A stretch of 64,000 bases of DNA, taken from IMG/VR virus record IMGVR_UViG_3300037258_000301, positions 32,001 through 96,000 of that record, one strand, 5' to 3'. A program made the position numbers and the translations under genes. Positions 8,980 through 17,754 of the stretch are shown here, one piece after another (within the stretch, counting starts at the first letter, position 1; each line of letters begins with the position of its first letter). This DNA is from a virus. The notes below the pieces were generated by a model. It saw only the letters and a list, made by a program, of their open reading frames with translations. It ran no database searches and had not been told where the DNA came from.

Positions 8980-9339
8980 ATGGACTTCCGTGCGGCACAT
9001 CGGAAGATCGCTGATGGCCTGTCTTCGGACATGGCGATGGACAGTTCAATGGAGGACGCCAGTCTTCCGGCGACTCGCCAGACCTTCCAGCCTCCTCCGG
9101 CGACGGACGGCTTGGACCCTGCCGCCTCGGGTGGCGCAGCCCCGATGAATGCGGTCGAGCCCTTCGGTAAGCCCGTGGTCAGTGACCCGCTGCTGCCAGG
9201 CCCGGCCGGCCACGAATCCGACCGAGGACCGGTGCCCTACACCGGTCCGGGACCCGATGTTGACGTGACGACACTGCACGGGGCAAGCCTGGGGCTGCGT
9301 GCGGAGACCTACCAACGAAAGACGACGAGGTTCCGATGA
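8980..9339 (+). CDS. Hypothetical head-region protein
   Basis: AAGGGG RBS; KIA and HGA motifs. Confidence 0.6.
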   Translation: MDFRAAHRKIADGLSSDMAMDSSMEDASLPATRQTFQPPPATDGLDPAASGGAAPMNAVEPFGKPVVSDPLLPGPAGHESDRGPVPYTGPGPDVDVTTLHGASLGLRAETYQRKTTRFR

Positions 9340-11222
9340 CCACGGATCTGCTCTGGACAGAGGCGAGTCGGGATCTGGAAGCGGAGCACGCTCAGCTGCG
9401 CCTGTTCGAGGCCCAGCAACGCACGGCGGATCTCTGGCCGTTCGTGGCTCTGGCGCGCTCCCAGGAGGAGCTGGGGCATCGGCTGGCCCTGATCCAGGAC
9501 ACCCTCACCGAGCGAGTCCCAGACCTGAGCCTGCACGGCGCCCTGATTGAGGGTTTGACGGCCAACCTGCTGCTCCAGGGCTACTCCACCGACCCGAACC
9601 AGGACAGTGGCGAGGACGAGGCCCCCAATGCCTCCACCTCGGGTCTGATCGGCAACGGGTCGAGCCTCCAGGACCAGGACGGCACTCCCGATCTCACCGC
9701 GTCCCGCAAGCCCGTCCAGATCTGGCATGAGGGCAAGCGTCAGTGGATCACCGTCACCGCTGATGCTCCCGGCAACCCGGCCTACTTCTCCGGCGGACCG
9801 GAAGCGGGCCCGAACACCGGTCAGACCGGGAGTTTCCCGGTTGAGCCCGGTGGCCCTGACCCGGTGGACCCCATCAACGGCAACGTGCCGCTCTCTCCCA
9901 CCAATGTGCTCGAACCAGCCAATCGGTTCCCGGCCCAGCCGCAGCCTTGGACCGTCCCGGCCGACAAAGGCTGGGTTGAGTATCCGATGACCTTGGGGAC
10001 CACCACGGCCACCCTGCACACCCATCCTGGTTTCGGTCCTGGCGTGGTCATGCAGGGCAGCCAAGGGAAACTGGGTGAATGGAACACTCTGCACTCGGCC
10101 AGCAACTTCGTTCCTGAACAGGCCAACCCGAACTATTTCGACCAGGGTCAGGTCGGCCTGGAGTCGCCGGAGGGTGCCGGGTTTCCGGTAGATGAGGCTC
10201 TCCCGGAACCCAATGAGCGAGTGGATCTCTACCAGAACGCCATGCCTGCCGGTGCGGGTGGAGCGGGGGTCAGTGCCCCTGGTGCGTACGGTGGCCCCGC
10301 CGTCAACTTCACCAACCCGCCGCAGTATGTGACCAGCGCGATCCGGAACAACGTCGGCACCTGCGCGGCCGATGGGTGCGGCCGGCCCGTCTATCGGCAG
10401 GGTGCCAAGTGGCATCATCTGGACGCCCATCTCAAGGGTGACCACAACGTCATGCTCGACGCCGATCACCCGTGGGTACAGGAGATGGCGCACTCCTCGG
10501 CGAAGATCCGTAAGGTGCGCGGTGGCTACGCGGTCTTCGACGGTAACGGTGAACGCCAGACCAAGGCGATGCTTTACTCGGCGGCACTGAAGGCCAAGCA
10601 GGCCAACCAGTACATCCGCAAGGATGGGGATCAGTGGGTCATCACCCAAAAGGGCACCGGCAAAGTTCTGTCACATCACGACAGTGAAGAAGAGGCCGAG
10701 AAGTCTTTCTCCGCCATGGAGATGCACAAGCATGAGGGGCGTTTCGTACGGCTAGCCGACGGTACCGACCCCAGTGCCGCAGCCGCTTTCAGCTTGCCCG
10801 AGACCGGTGGCAGTCCGATGAATACTCCCGCTCCCGCCGCGCCTCCGTCCATGGCACAGGGCGGTGCTGGCGCCGAGGCCATGCCACCGATGCAGAAGCC
10901 CAGTGGCGGCTCAACCGCGAACGTCCCCACTCCAGGAGTCACGGGGTCGCGGGACCCTCACGTGGTCGCCCTGTTCCATGTCGGTGAAGACATGGTGCGT
11001 GGACGACCGACCTCGGAGAGTCCCACCGGGGTGCCGGACGAGTTCACGGCCAACACCTGGGAAGGCCCGCTGAAGACTCATCCGCGTCAGTCCCCCGAGC
11101 AACGCGGCATCAACACCCCGCAGACCCCGAGCACCCCGATTCCGCAGATCAGCTCTTCGGACAACCCGGGCCAGAACGAACGGTCGGCAGAGCAGGACGA
11201 AGACGACGAGGACGAGGATTGA
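9336..11222 (+). CDS. Head-associated multi-segment protein
   Basis: Pro-rich segments, small IRKDGDQWVI..KGTGKVLSHHDS module, acidic C-tail. Confidence 0.6.
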   Translation: MTTDLLWTEASRDLEAEHAQLRLFEAQQRTADLWPFVALARSQEELGHRLALIQDTLTERVPDLSLHGALIEGLTANLLLQGYSTDPNQDSGEDEAPNASTSGLIGNGSSLQDQDGTPDLTASRKPVQIWHEGKRQWITVTADAPGNPAYFSGGPEAGPNTGQTGSFPVEPGGPDPVDPINGNVPLSPTNVLEPANRFPAQPQPWTVPADKGWVEYPMTLGTTTATLHTHPGFGPGVVMQGSQGKLGEWNTLHSASNFVPEQANPNYFDQGQVGLESPEGAGFPVDEALPEPNERVDLYQNAMPAGAGGAGVSAPGAYGGPAVNFTNPPQYVTSAIRNNVGTCAADGCGRPVYRQGAKWHHLDAHLKGDHNVMLDADHPWVQEMAHSSAKIRKVRGGYAVFDGNGERQTKAMLYSAALKAKQANQYIRKDGDQWVITQKGTGKVLSHHDSEEEAEKSFSAMEMHKHEGRFVRLADGTDPSAAAAFSLPETGGSPMNTPAPAAPPSMAQGGAGAEAMPPMQKPSGGSTANVPTPGVTGSRDPHVVALFHVGEDMVRGRPTSESPTGVPDEFTANTWEGPLKTHPRQSPEQRGINTPQTPSTPIPQISSSDNPGQNERSAEQDEDDEDED

Positions 11223-11223
11223 T

Positions 11224-12225
11224 ATGACTGAGCAGCGTCCCGTGCCGGTGATCTGCCTGGGGTGCGGACACCGCGAGGTGCTGCCCCTGCGTGAGATCAC
11301 CGCAGCCTTGATGTGTACCTGTGGTTCGGACGATCTTGATGTGTTCGACGAGCACACGGCCGCCGGCCCGCACGAGTACGGCTCCACCTCGGTACCCACC
11401 CATCAGGCACCGTCGACGATTGACGGGTGGAACGAGTATCAGGGTCCGATGCCGGGACCCAACGAGCAGAGCAACGGCATTCCGACTCCGATCACCTGTC
11501 CGATCTGCCACGGCTCCGGTTTCGACCCACAGGACAGCGAGGGTGGCGGCTTCGGTGGCACGTGCCGTACCTGCCGTGGCTCCGGCATCTACACGCCGAT
11601 GACCGAAGCGACACCCCCCATGGTCGCCCGCCATCCGTACCCGAGCAACCAGACCAAGGTGCCATTCATGGGTAGCCCCGGCGTGACGGCGGCCGTCGAC
11701 ACTACTGAGCCCCCGACCAATGAGTACCAGCTTCGACACACCACCCCGGAGTACACCTCGCAGGGACCTCGGGGACCGGCCAAGCCCAATCGGTCCTACG
11801 ACTCCGGTGACGCCGAGACGTACTACCCCAAGGCACAGAACCGCTCTCCTGCGGTGCACCATCGCAAACCACACGACTACTCCAGCGAGACGGCCAAGCC
11901 ATTCTCGATGCCGGGGTCCTCCTGTCCGAACTGTGGGGATGGCCCACTGAGTTTGCGCAAGGACGCCGACGAGAACGCGTGGGCATCGTGCCCGAACTGT
12001 GGCCCGTTGGTGAACATCGATCGGCATCCCGAGTACGACCCGTACAACCTGCGATGGGGAACCGAGCTACCCAAGCAGAAGTTCAAGGAGGGTCGTCGGC
12101 TGGTGGGGAACACCAAGAAGACGGGCCGATTGCTGTCCATCATTTCCAGTGTTCAACAGTCCAATCCGGGCCTGAGCATGCGCGAAGCGGTCACGCTGGC
12201 TCGGCAGACGGTGGCGAGGTACTGA
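11224..12225 (+). CDS. Multi-zinc-finger protein (DnaJ-like CxxCxGxG plus zinc ribbons)
   Basis: CLGC, CPICHGSG, CRTCRGSG, CPNCG x2. Confidence 0.65.
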   Translation: MTEQRPVPVICLGCGHREVLPLREITAALMCTCGSDDLDVFDEHTAAGPHEYGSTSVPTHQAPSTIDGWNEYQGPMPGPNEQSNGIPTPITCPICHGSGFDPQDSEGGGFGGTCRTCRGSGIYTPMTEATPPMVARHPYPSNQTKVPFMGSPGVTAAVDTTEPPTNEYQLRHTTPEYTSQGPRGPAKPNRSYDSGDAETYYPKAQNRSPAVHHRKPHDYSSETAKPFSMPGSSCPNCGDGPLSLRKDADENAWASCPNCGPLVNIDRHPEYDPYNLRWGTELPKQKFKEGRRLVGNTKKTGRLLSIISSVQQSNPGLSMREAVTLARQTVARY

Positions 12226-12229
12226 CCCG

Positions 12230-12736
12230 ATGGCATTCCTGCGCGAAGGGTTCACGATCACCTTCATCGGCTCGCATGACGCCGATGGGGTGACCTTGGG
12301 CGACAAGGGTCGTCTCCTGGCCTTCGCCAGCGATCATGCCGCCCATGTCCAGTGGTTGACCGGGATCCGCGAAGGTCAAGTGACTCTCACGGACATCGAG
12401 GACATCGACAACGCCTCGCAGAAGTACGCCATGGCGCACCACGATGACCTTGCCGACTCGTTGGAGATGGGATCACTCCAGACGGTAGGGGCCCGTTCGG
12501 TTTACGACATCGCTGGCCCGGAAGGAACCCTGGTGCACATGGCCTCCCAGGGCCAGCTCGGCGGGCTCGCACCCATCGCCGATGGGGTACTGGGTTGGGT
12601 CTGTACCAAGATCCGAACTGAGAGTGCCTTCATGTCGGCACTCGCTGGGCTAGACCCGGATGAGCAAGAAGAGATCATTCAGATGGCTGCGTGCACGGTG
12701 CTTCGAGACACGTTCGGAGGCACCGATGACGATTGA
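12230..12736 (+). CDS. Hypothetical protein
   Basis: GAGG RBS; fits the operon. Confidence 0.65.
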   Translation: MAFLREGFTITFIGSHDADGVTLGDKGRLLAFASDHAAHVQWLTGIREGQVTLTDIEDIDNASQKYAMAHHDDLADSLEMGSLQTVGARSVYDIAGPEGTLVHMASQGQLGGLAPIADGVLGWVCTKIRTESAFMSALAGLDPDEQEEIIQMAACTVLRDTFGGTDDD

Positions 12737-14936
12737 GCAGCATCCACATGAGGCATGGCAAAGCGCTGTATTCGGTTGCGCCCACATCAGTCAGCATCGC
12801 ACCCTTGCGCATCACCACGTTGCCACCCAGCACCTGGCAGATTTGCTTCGACCGATCTCTCGGGATGAGCAGGTGGCGCGCCTACGCACCATGGATGCCG
12901 GATTCGCTCATGACATGCAGGAGCGTCATCGCCCCTTCGATCCAGTAGCGGATGTGGTGCGTGGTGCTCGTACTTACAATCGTTCCCACGGCCTCGACGA
13001 TCCGCATTCGCTGCCCTACCACCAAGTGCGTACGACTTCCAACACCATCGACCGGGTGGGGAGCGCTTATGGTGCACTACCGGACTTTGACAAGCGTGCT
13101 ATCCCACATTTCCATGCTATGGGTGAAGAAGTAGGGCGTCAGTTCGACCACCTCACGCGTCCTCGCCATCAGGGGGGCATGGGCGTCAACGTCGAATCTG
13201 TTGATCACGATCCCTACGCCAACGTGCACGAGATGGTGCATGATCTGCGGAACAACAACCGTCTCCAGGTCATGGGCACTCACGTTACCGGCGGTCACCC
13301 GTACTTCTCCAACGATCAGAATGATCGATTCCGGGCAGTGCATGATGCTTTCGGCCATGCGGCGACCGGGCGTGGCTTTGATGCCAGCGGTGAGGAGGGT
13401 GCCTATCTCGCGCATTCTCGGATGTTCACCCACCATGCGCTACCGGCCATGCAGAGCGAAACGCGTGGCCAAAACGGCTTCGTACACCTCAACAATGACT
13501 TCGGACCGCAGAAGGTCGCGCTGCTACCCGAACATATCCGCAATATTCCCGTCATCGGCGCCACTCCGACCCAGCGTGTTGCGAAGGCTACCGACTGGGA
13601 CGAGTACCGCCGTATCCAGGATGCCCAGGATCGACGCTATGAGCGTCCTGGCATCGTCGGAGGCCAGGAAGAGCACGACCAGTTCTATGGCCGTGGCGAG
13701 CACGCTGGGGCTGGTACCGAGCACCGCCTGACACCGCAGGAGTGGATGCGGCACTCGCACGAGCCCAGCTTCGATGAACTCCCCCCGCAGGAGCACGAAT
13801 GGCATTGGGGCTATGACCTGGGGGCCCAGCACTCCCAGCACATCGACAACGGCGAGTTCGACCATGCCTACTCCGGTTCGGCACACCCCGACCACTTCTT
13901 CTCCGGCTACACCGAAGGGCTGAGTTCGGTTGCCTCAGCCAATCCACTGTCCACTCCGCAGGGCGTTGTCGCCCACGAGGAAGGTCGACAGAGCGTTCGG
14001 GACATCAACGGCACGCCGCTCTGCGACTGGCACGCCGACCGCGCCAAGGAGCTGATGGGGCTCTCCGACCAGATTGGCCGACAGACCGGCCTGATCGACG
14101 AGACGGAGCCCCACACCCACACCGAGACCCCGACCTACCCTGGCCAGTGCGCTGCCTGTGCGAGCGCTCAGGGGAAGAATGAGGGTCGCCCGTGGGAGGC
14201 TCCGCAGGGTGGTTTCCGGCCGTCCCCCATGAGCGAGCACCAGGTTTCGCAGCGCGCGTGGCCGAACAAGCCAAGAAGGACGGGACCCATGCCGCTGTTG
14301 CCGCAGTCGATGTCCTACCGCGTGGCCGTTCGTCGTGGTCAGGGAGTGCTCCCCCAGCGATCGGACGGTCTTCAACGGATAGCTCACCACATCAGCACGG
14401 ATATGCCCGATATAGTAGTTTTGCATAAATTGGCGCATGATTCCGGAGATGGGCAGACAATTCTGCATTGTCCGTTCTGTGGCTCAGGCCAGGTGATTGC
14501 TACTTCCGACGGCGGGGTGAATTGCGAGTTCTGTAAGGCCAGCTTTACGGTGCAAATTCAACCGCAGTACCCGGCTTTCCCACAGAGCATCGATGGTGCG
14601 CCCGTCAACGTGCCCGGCATGGGTCCGGACTTCTCGCCCTACGGTGGCACTCCACCCGGCGCAGAGGCCCCCATGCCGATGGATGGCGAGGAAGATGACA
14701 CCGACGAGGGCGACCCGATGGGTACCAACGCCGACGAGACCGAGCCGCCACCAGAAGATGATGAGGACGACGAGGACTCGAACAACAACGGGCCGATCAC
14801 CAAAAAGACCTATCGGACCATGACCGGAGTCCGACTTGATCGGGAGGCGTACCTCAGGCATCTCGCGCTGGCCTGTTCCCCTGATACCCAGCAGGTGCTA
14901 CGTCGTGTGCGCGCGGTGAACGGAACCGGCGCATGA
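12726..14936 (+). CDS. Polyvalent head protein: FRAVHDxFGH putative metal-binding domain plus C-terminal zinc ribbon
   Basis: NDRFRAVHDAFGH...GEE...ETRGQN; CPFCGS...CEFC; acidic tail. Confidence 0.6.
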   Translation: MTIEQHPHEAWQSAVFGCAHISQHRTLAHHHVATQHLADLLRPISRDEQVARLRTMDAGFAHDMQERHRPFDPVADVVRGARTYNRSHGLDDPHSLPYHQVRTTSNTIDRVGSAYGALPDFDKRAIPHFHAMGEEVGRQFDHLTRPRHQGGMGVNVESVDHDPYANVHEMVHDLRNNNRLQVMGTHVTGGHPYFSNDQNDRFRAVHDAFGHAATGRGFDASGEEGAYLAHSRMFTHHALPAMQSETRGQNGFVHLNNDFGPQKVALLPEHIRNIPVIGATPTQRVAKATDWDEYRRIQDAQDRRYERPGIVGGQEEHDQFYGRGEHAGAGTEHRLTPQEWMRHSHEPSFDELPPQEHEWHWGYDLGAQHSQHIDNGEFDHAYSGSAHPDHFFSGYTEGLSSVASANPLSTPQGVVAHEEGRQSVRDINGTPLCDWHADRAKELMGLSDQIGRQTGLIDETEPHTHTETPTYPGQCAACASAQGKNEGRPWEAPQGGFRPSPMSEHQVSQRAWPNKPRRTGPMPLLPQSMSYRVAVRRGQGVLPQRSDGLQRIAHHISTDMPDIVVLHKLAHDSGDGQTILHCPFCGSGQVIATSDGGVNCEFCKASFTVQIQPQYPAFPQSIDGAPVNVPGMGPDFSPYGGTPPGAEAPMPMDGEEDDTDEGDPMGTNADETEPPPEDDEDDEDSNNNGPITKKTYRTMTGVRLDREAYLRHLALACSPDTQQVLRRVRAVNGTGA

Positions 14937-17188
14937 GCGAACCGTTTAAGGTCAGTGACCGCCGAGGCCGCATCGTCGTTGGCCAATCCGTTGATGATGC
15001 GAAGAAGATGGCCAGCGACGCCACCGATTTGATGCGTCGCACTTTTGGCGACACCAATCCATACACTCAAGCGTTCTCTCGCAACCAGTCCACCGACCAG
15101 GTGGTCGATGAGATGCGACTGAATCGGCGCGTTGCCTCGATGCAGAAACGCGGCATGGGTGTCGGTGGCGTCAACGGTGCGTTCGGAGCCGGGGCCAATG
15201 TCTCCTTTGCGACCGGACGTCCCCGCGATCCGCTGTTCTATTGGCGAGAGAACAATCTCCCGTACGACATCACCAAAGACTCAGAGCTCAAAAAGATCAG
15301 AGCATTTTGTTCACTCCTGTATCTGACCCACCCGATCATCGCGTCCTGTATCGACATCTTCACAAAGTTCCCCTTGCAGGGTATGGAGATTCGGTGCTCG
15401 AAGGATGAGCAGATCGAGGAGTTCTACAACAACCTGTTCTTCGATGAGTTGGGGTACCGCAACTATCTCGTCGATGTGAGCCACCAGCGCTGGCTGCTCG
15501 GCGAGGCATGGCCGTTGGGGTCATTCAACGAGACCTTGGGTGTGTGGGAGGGCGAGGAGCTGCTCAATCCCGATGACGTCGAGGTAGAGCGTTCTGCCCT
15601 GGTCAAGGATCCCCGCTTCCTCATCCGGCTGCCTGAGACCCTGCGGAAGGTGCTTCAGGAGCGTTCGCCGCGCTGGGAGTACAACTCGCTGATCAAGAAC
15701 TATCCAGAGTTGCAGTCCTACGCGGCCGAAGACTCCCTGATGCCGGTCTCGAACATGCTGCTCAAGCAGATCCGGTTCAAGGCAGACACGTTCCACAAGC
15801 GTGGCATTCCGATCCTCATGCGGGCCTTCCGCTCCGTGGTGCAGGAGGAGATGCTCAACGCTGCTCTGGATGCCATTGCCGACCGGCTCTACACCCCGCT
15901 GATCCTGGTACGTCTTGGCGCGTCGGCTTCAGATCTGGGAACTGAAGTTCCGTGGATCCCCACCCAGGGTGATCTGGAGACCTTCGAAGAGGCCATGGAC
16001 GCCGCCTTGGCTGGCGACTTCCGAGTACTGGTCAACCACTTCGCCACCGACATCACCTCGGTGTTCGGACGAGAGAACATGCCCGACCTCTCCGGCGACT
16101 TCGACCGCATCACCGATCGGCTTCTCCAGGTGTTTGGTATCAGTCAAACCATGCTCAACGGTGCAGAATCGGGCGAAACGTACGCGGCTGATGCTCTGAA
16201 TCGCGACATGATGGCCACCCTGCTCACCGATCACCAACTTCAACTTCAGAACTTCTTCGATGATCGCGCTCGGATCGTGGCGGAGGCACAGGAGCACTAC
16301 GACTTCGAGGTCCGGGGCGGTATCCGGTACGTCAAGATGGAGGAAGTCCTCAAGGTCGATGAGGAGACCGGCGAGGAGACCATCGTCGAGCAGCCCAAAC
16401 TGCTGGTCCCCGAACTGTGCTTCGCCACCATGACCCTCTCCGACAAGCAGACCGAACGAGCCTTCCGCGAGGAACTCGTCCAGGGCGGTGTGCCGCTGAC
16501 CATCAAGTCCCGCATCGTCGGCATGGGCATCGACTTCGATCAGATGCTGGAGGAGAAGCAGAACGAGCAGGTTCGACTGGCCGTTGCCGAGCAGGAAACC
16601 CGGCGAGAGACGTTCAAAGCCCTACGGGATCAGCGTCTGCCGATCCCCGTTGATCTCCAGTCCGACTTCCAGCCCGTGGCCAAGCAGCCCGGCCAGCCAC
16701 TCAATCCGGCTCAGGATGCCGCACTGCCACTATTGGGGGCGCAACCCCAGGATCTGCCGGCGTTGGCCCCGACGATGGACGATCAGACGATGGAAGACCA
16801 GCAGGATGCCCCCGGTCCGCAAGACCAGGATGGTCCGAGCCCGATGATGCTGATGCCGATGAACGCGGTACCCCAGGATGGGGATCAACGACCGCCAGAA
16901 TCTGACGAGCAGAGGCAAGGCATGCCTAAGCCGGCACGCAAATACCTCTCACAGAAGATCTCGAAGACGGCCCAGGCCGACTATGACCGGCAGATACGTG
17001 GCCAGATCCATGAGGCCACCCTCAAGCACTATGAGGCACCGGACAACTCCGAGGAAGACCAGGATCGTCCCGAGCATTGGCAGCCGACCGGTAAGTTCGC
17101 CGGGCCGGCACATCTCGGGATGCGTCAGCATGTCCAGATCCCCGAGTCGATGATCTGGCGCGACGAGGATGATGGCGAGACCACGTAA
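14933..17188 (+). CDS. Portal protein
   Basis: Size and position; HPIIASCIDI, W.LGEAW, RGIPILMRA, DLSGDFDRI...FGI pattern typical of portal core (recalled resemblance to cluster C portals). Confidence 0.8.
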   Translation: MSEPFKVSDRRGRIVVGQSVDDAKKMASDATDLMRRTFGDTNPYTQAFSRNQSTDQVVDEMRLNRRVASMQKRGMGVGGVNGAFGAGANVSFATGRPRDPLFYWRENNLPYDITKDSELKKIRAFCSLLYLTHPIIASCIDIFTKFPLQGMEIRCSKDEQIEEFYNNLFFDELGYRNYLVDVSHQRWLLGEAWPLGSFNETLGVWEGEELLNPDDVEVERSALVKDPRFLIRLPETLRKVLQERSPRWEYNSLIKNYPELQSYAAEDSLMPVSNMLLKQIRFKADTFHKRGIPILMRAFRSVVQEEMLNAALDAIADRLYTPLILVRLGASASDLGTEVPWIPTQGDLETFEEAMDAALAGDFRVLVNHFATDITSVFGRENMPDLSGDFDRITDRLLQVFGISQTMLNGAESGETYAADALNRDMMATLLTDHQLQLQNFFDDRARIVAEAQEHYDFEVRGGIRYVKMEEVLKVDEETGEETIVEQPKLLVPELCFATMTLSDKQTERAFREELVQGGVPLTIKSRIVGMGIDFDQMLEEKQNEQVRLAVAEQETRRETFKALRDQRLPIPVDLQSDFQPVAKQPGQPLNPAQDAALPLLGAQPQDLPALAPTMDDQTMEDQQDAPGPQDQDGPSPMMLMPMNAVPQDGDQRPPESDEQRQGMPKPARKYLSQKISKTAQADYDRQIRGQIHEATLKHYEAPDNSEEDQDRPEHWQPTGKFAGPAHLGMRQHVQIPESMIWRDEDDGETT

Positions 17189-17191
17189 CTA

Positions 17192-17227
17192 CTGGTGGCC
17201 TTCTCTCGGGGACCCCGTAATCAGTGA
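17192..17227 (+). promoter_or_regulatory. Putative late promoter motif (CTGG-N22-TAA-N3-GTGA)
   Basis: Matches the recurring motif and spacing. Confidence 0.55.
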
Positions 17228-17238
17228 GGAGGCCCATC

Positions 17239-17571
17239 ATGAGCCTGGGAGCGCGTACGGCCCGACACGACACCGTAGGGAGCCGGCACGAGGCCGTCCA
17301 TCCCGAGGACTATGCCGACTTCGCCGTGCAACAGCACGTGCGCACCCTCGACGGGCTGCTGGGCGTCGTCACGGCGGTCAATGACGGGCCTGTCGAGGGG
17401 TATGAGGATTACACCGTCACTCTGGACAAAGGCATGGGTGTCGGTACCTACACCAGTTCTCAGCTCAGTGCCGTCGGTGAGCCTGGTGAGGTCGGGCATA
17501 CTGCCGTGTCGGATTATCCTGAACTTGGCACGATCCTGACCGATCGGCCCGACCCCGCCAAGGAGAGCTGA
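17239..17571 (+). CDS. Small SH3/Tudor-like beta-barrel protein (putative)
   Basis: F.V.QHVRT.DG..GVVTAV...Y.V.LD pattern flanked by HEA and HTA motifs. Confidence 0.5.
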   Translation: MSLGARTARHDTVGSRHEAVHPEDYADFAVQQHVRTLDGLLGVVTAVNDGPVEGYEDYTVTLDKGMGVGTYTSSQLSAVGEPGEVGHTAVSDYPELGTILTDRPDPAKES

Positions 17572-17754
17572 ATGGATCCTTTGGTGCGGGTGGCCTACGA
17601 GGGGTACGGCGAGCACACCCATTGGCTGACCTTCGACGGCCGACCTATGCCCTCCTGGGCCGCGCTGACCCCTCGTACGAGGGATGCCTGGGCGGCTGCC
17701 ATTGAGGCCGTACTGAAAGCACAGGGCGGAGAGACGGATGTGGCACCCCTCTGA
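17572..17754 (+). CDS. Small hypothetical protein
   Basis: AAGGAG RBS; AYEGY...MPSW..L....W pattern. Confidence 0.6.
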   Translation: MDPLVRVAYEGYGEHTHWLTFDGRPMPSWAALTPRTRDAWAAAIEAVLKAQGGETDVAPL

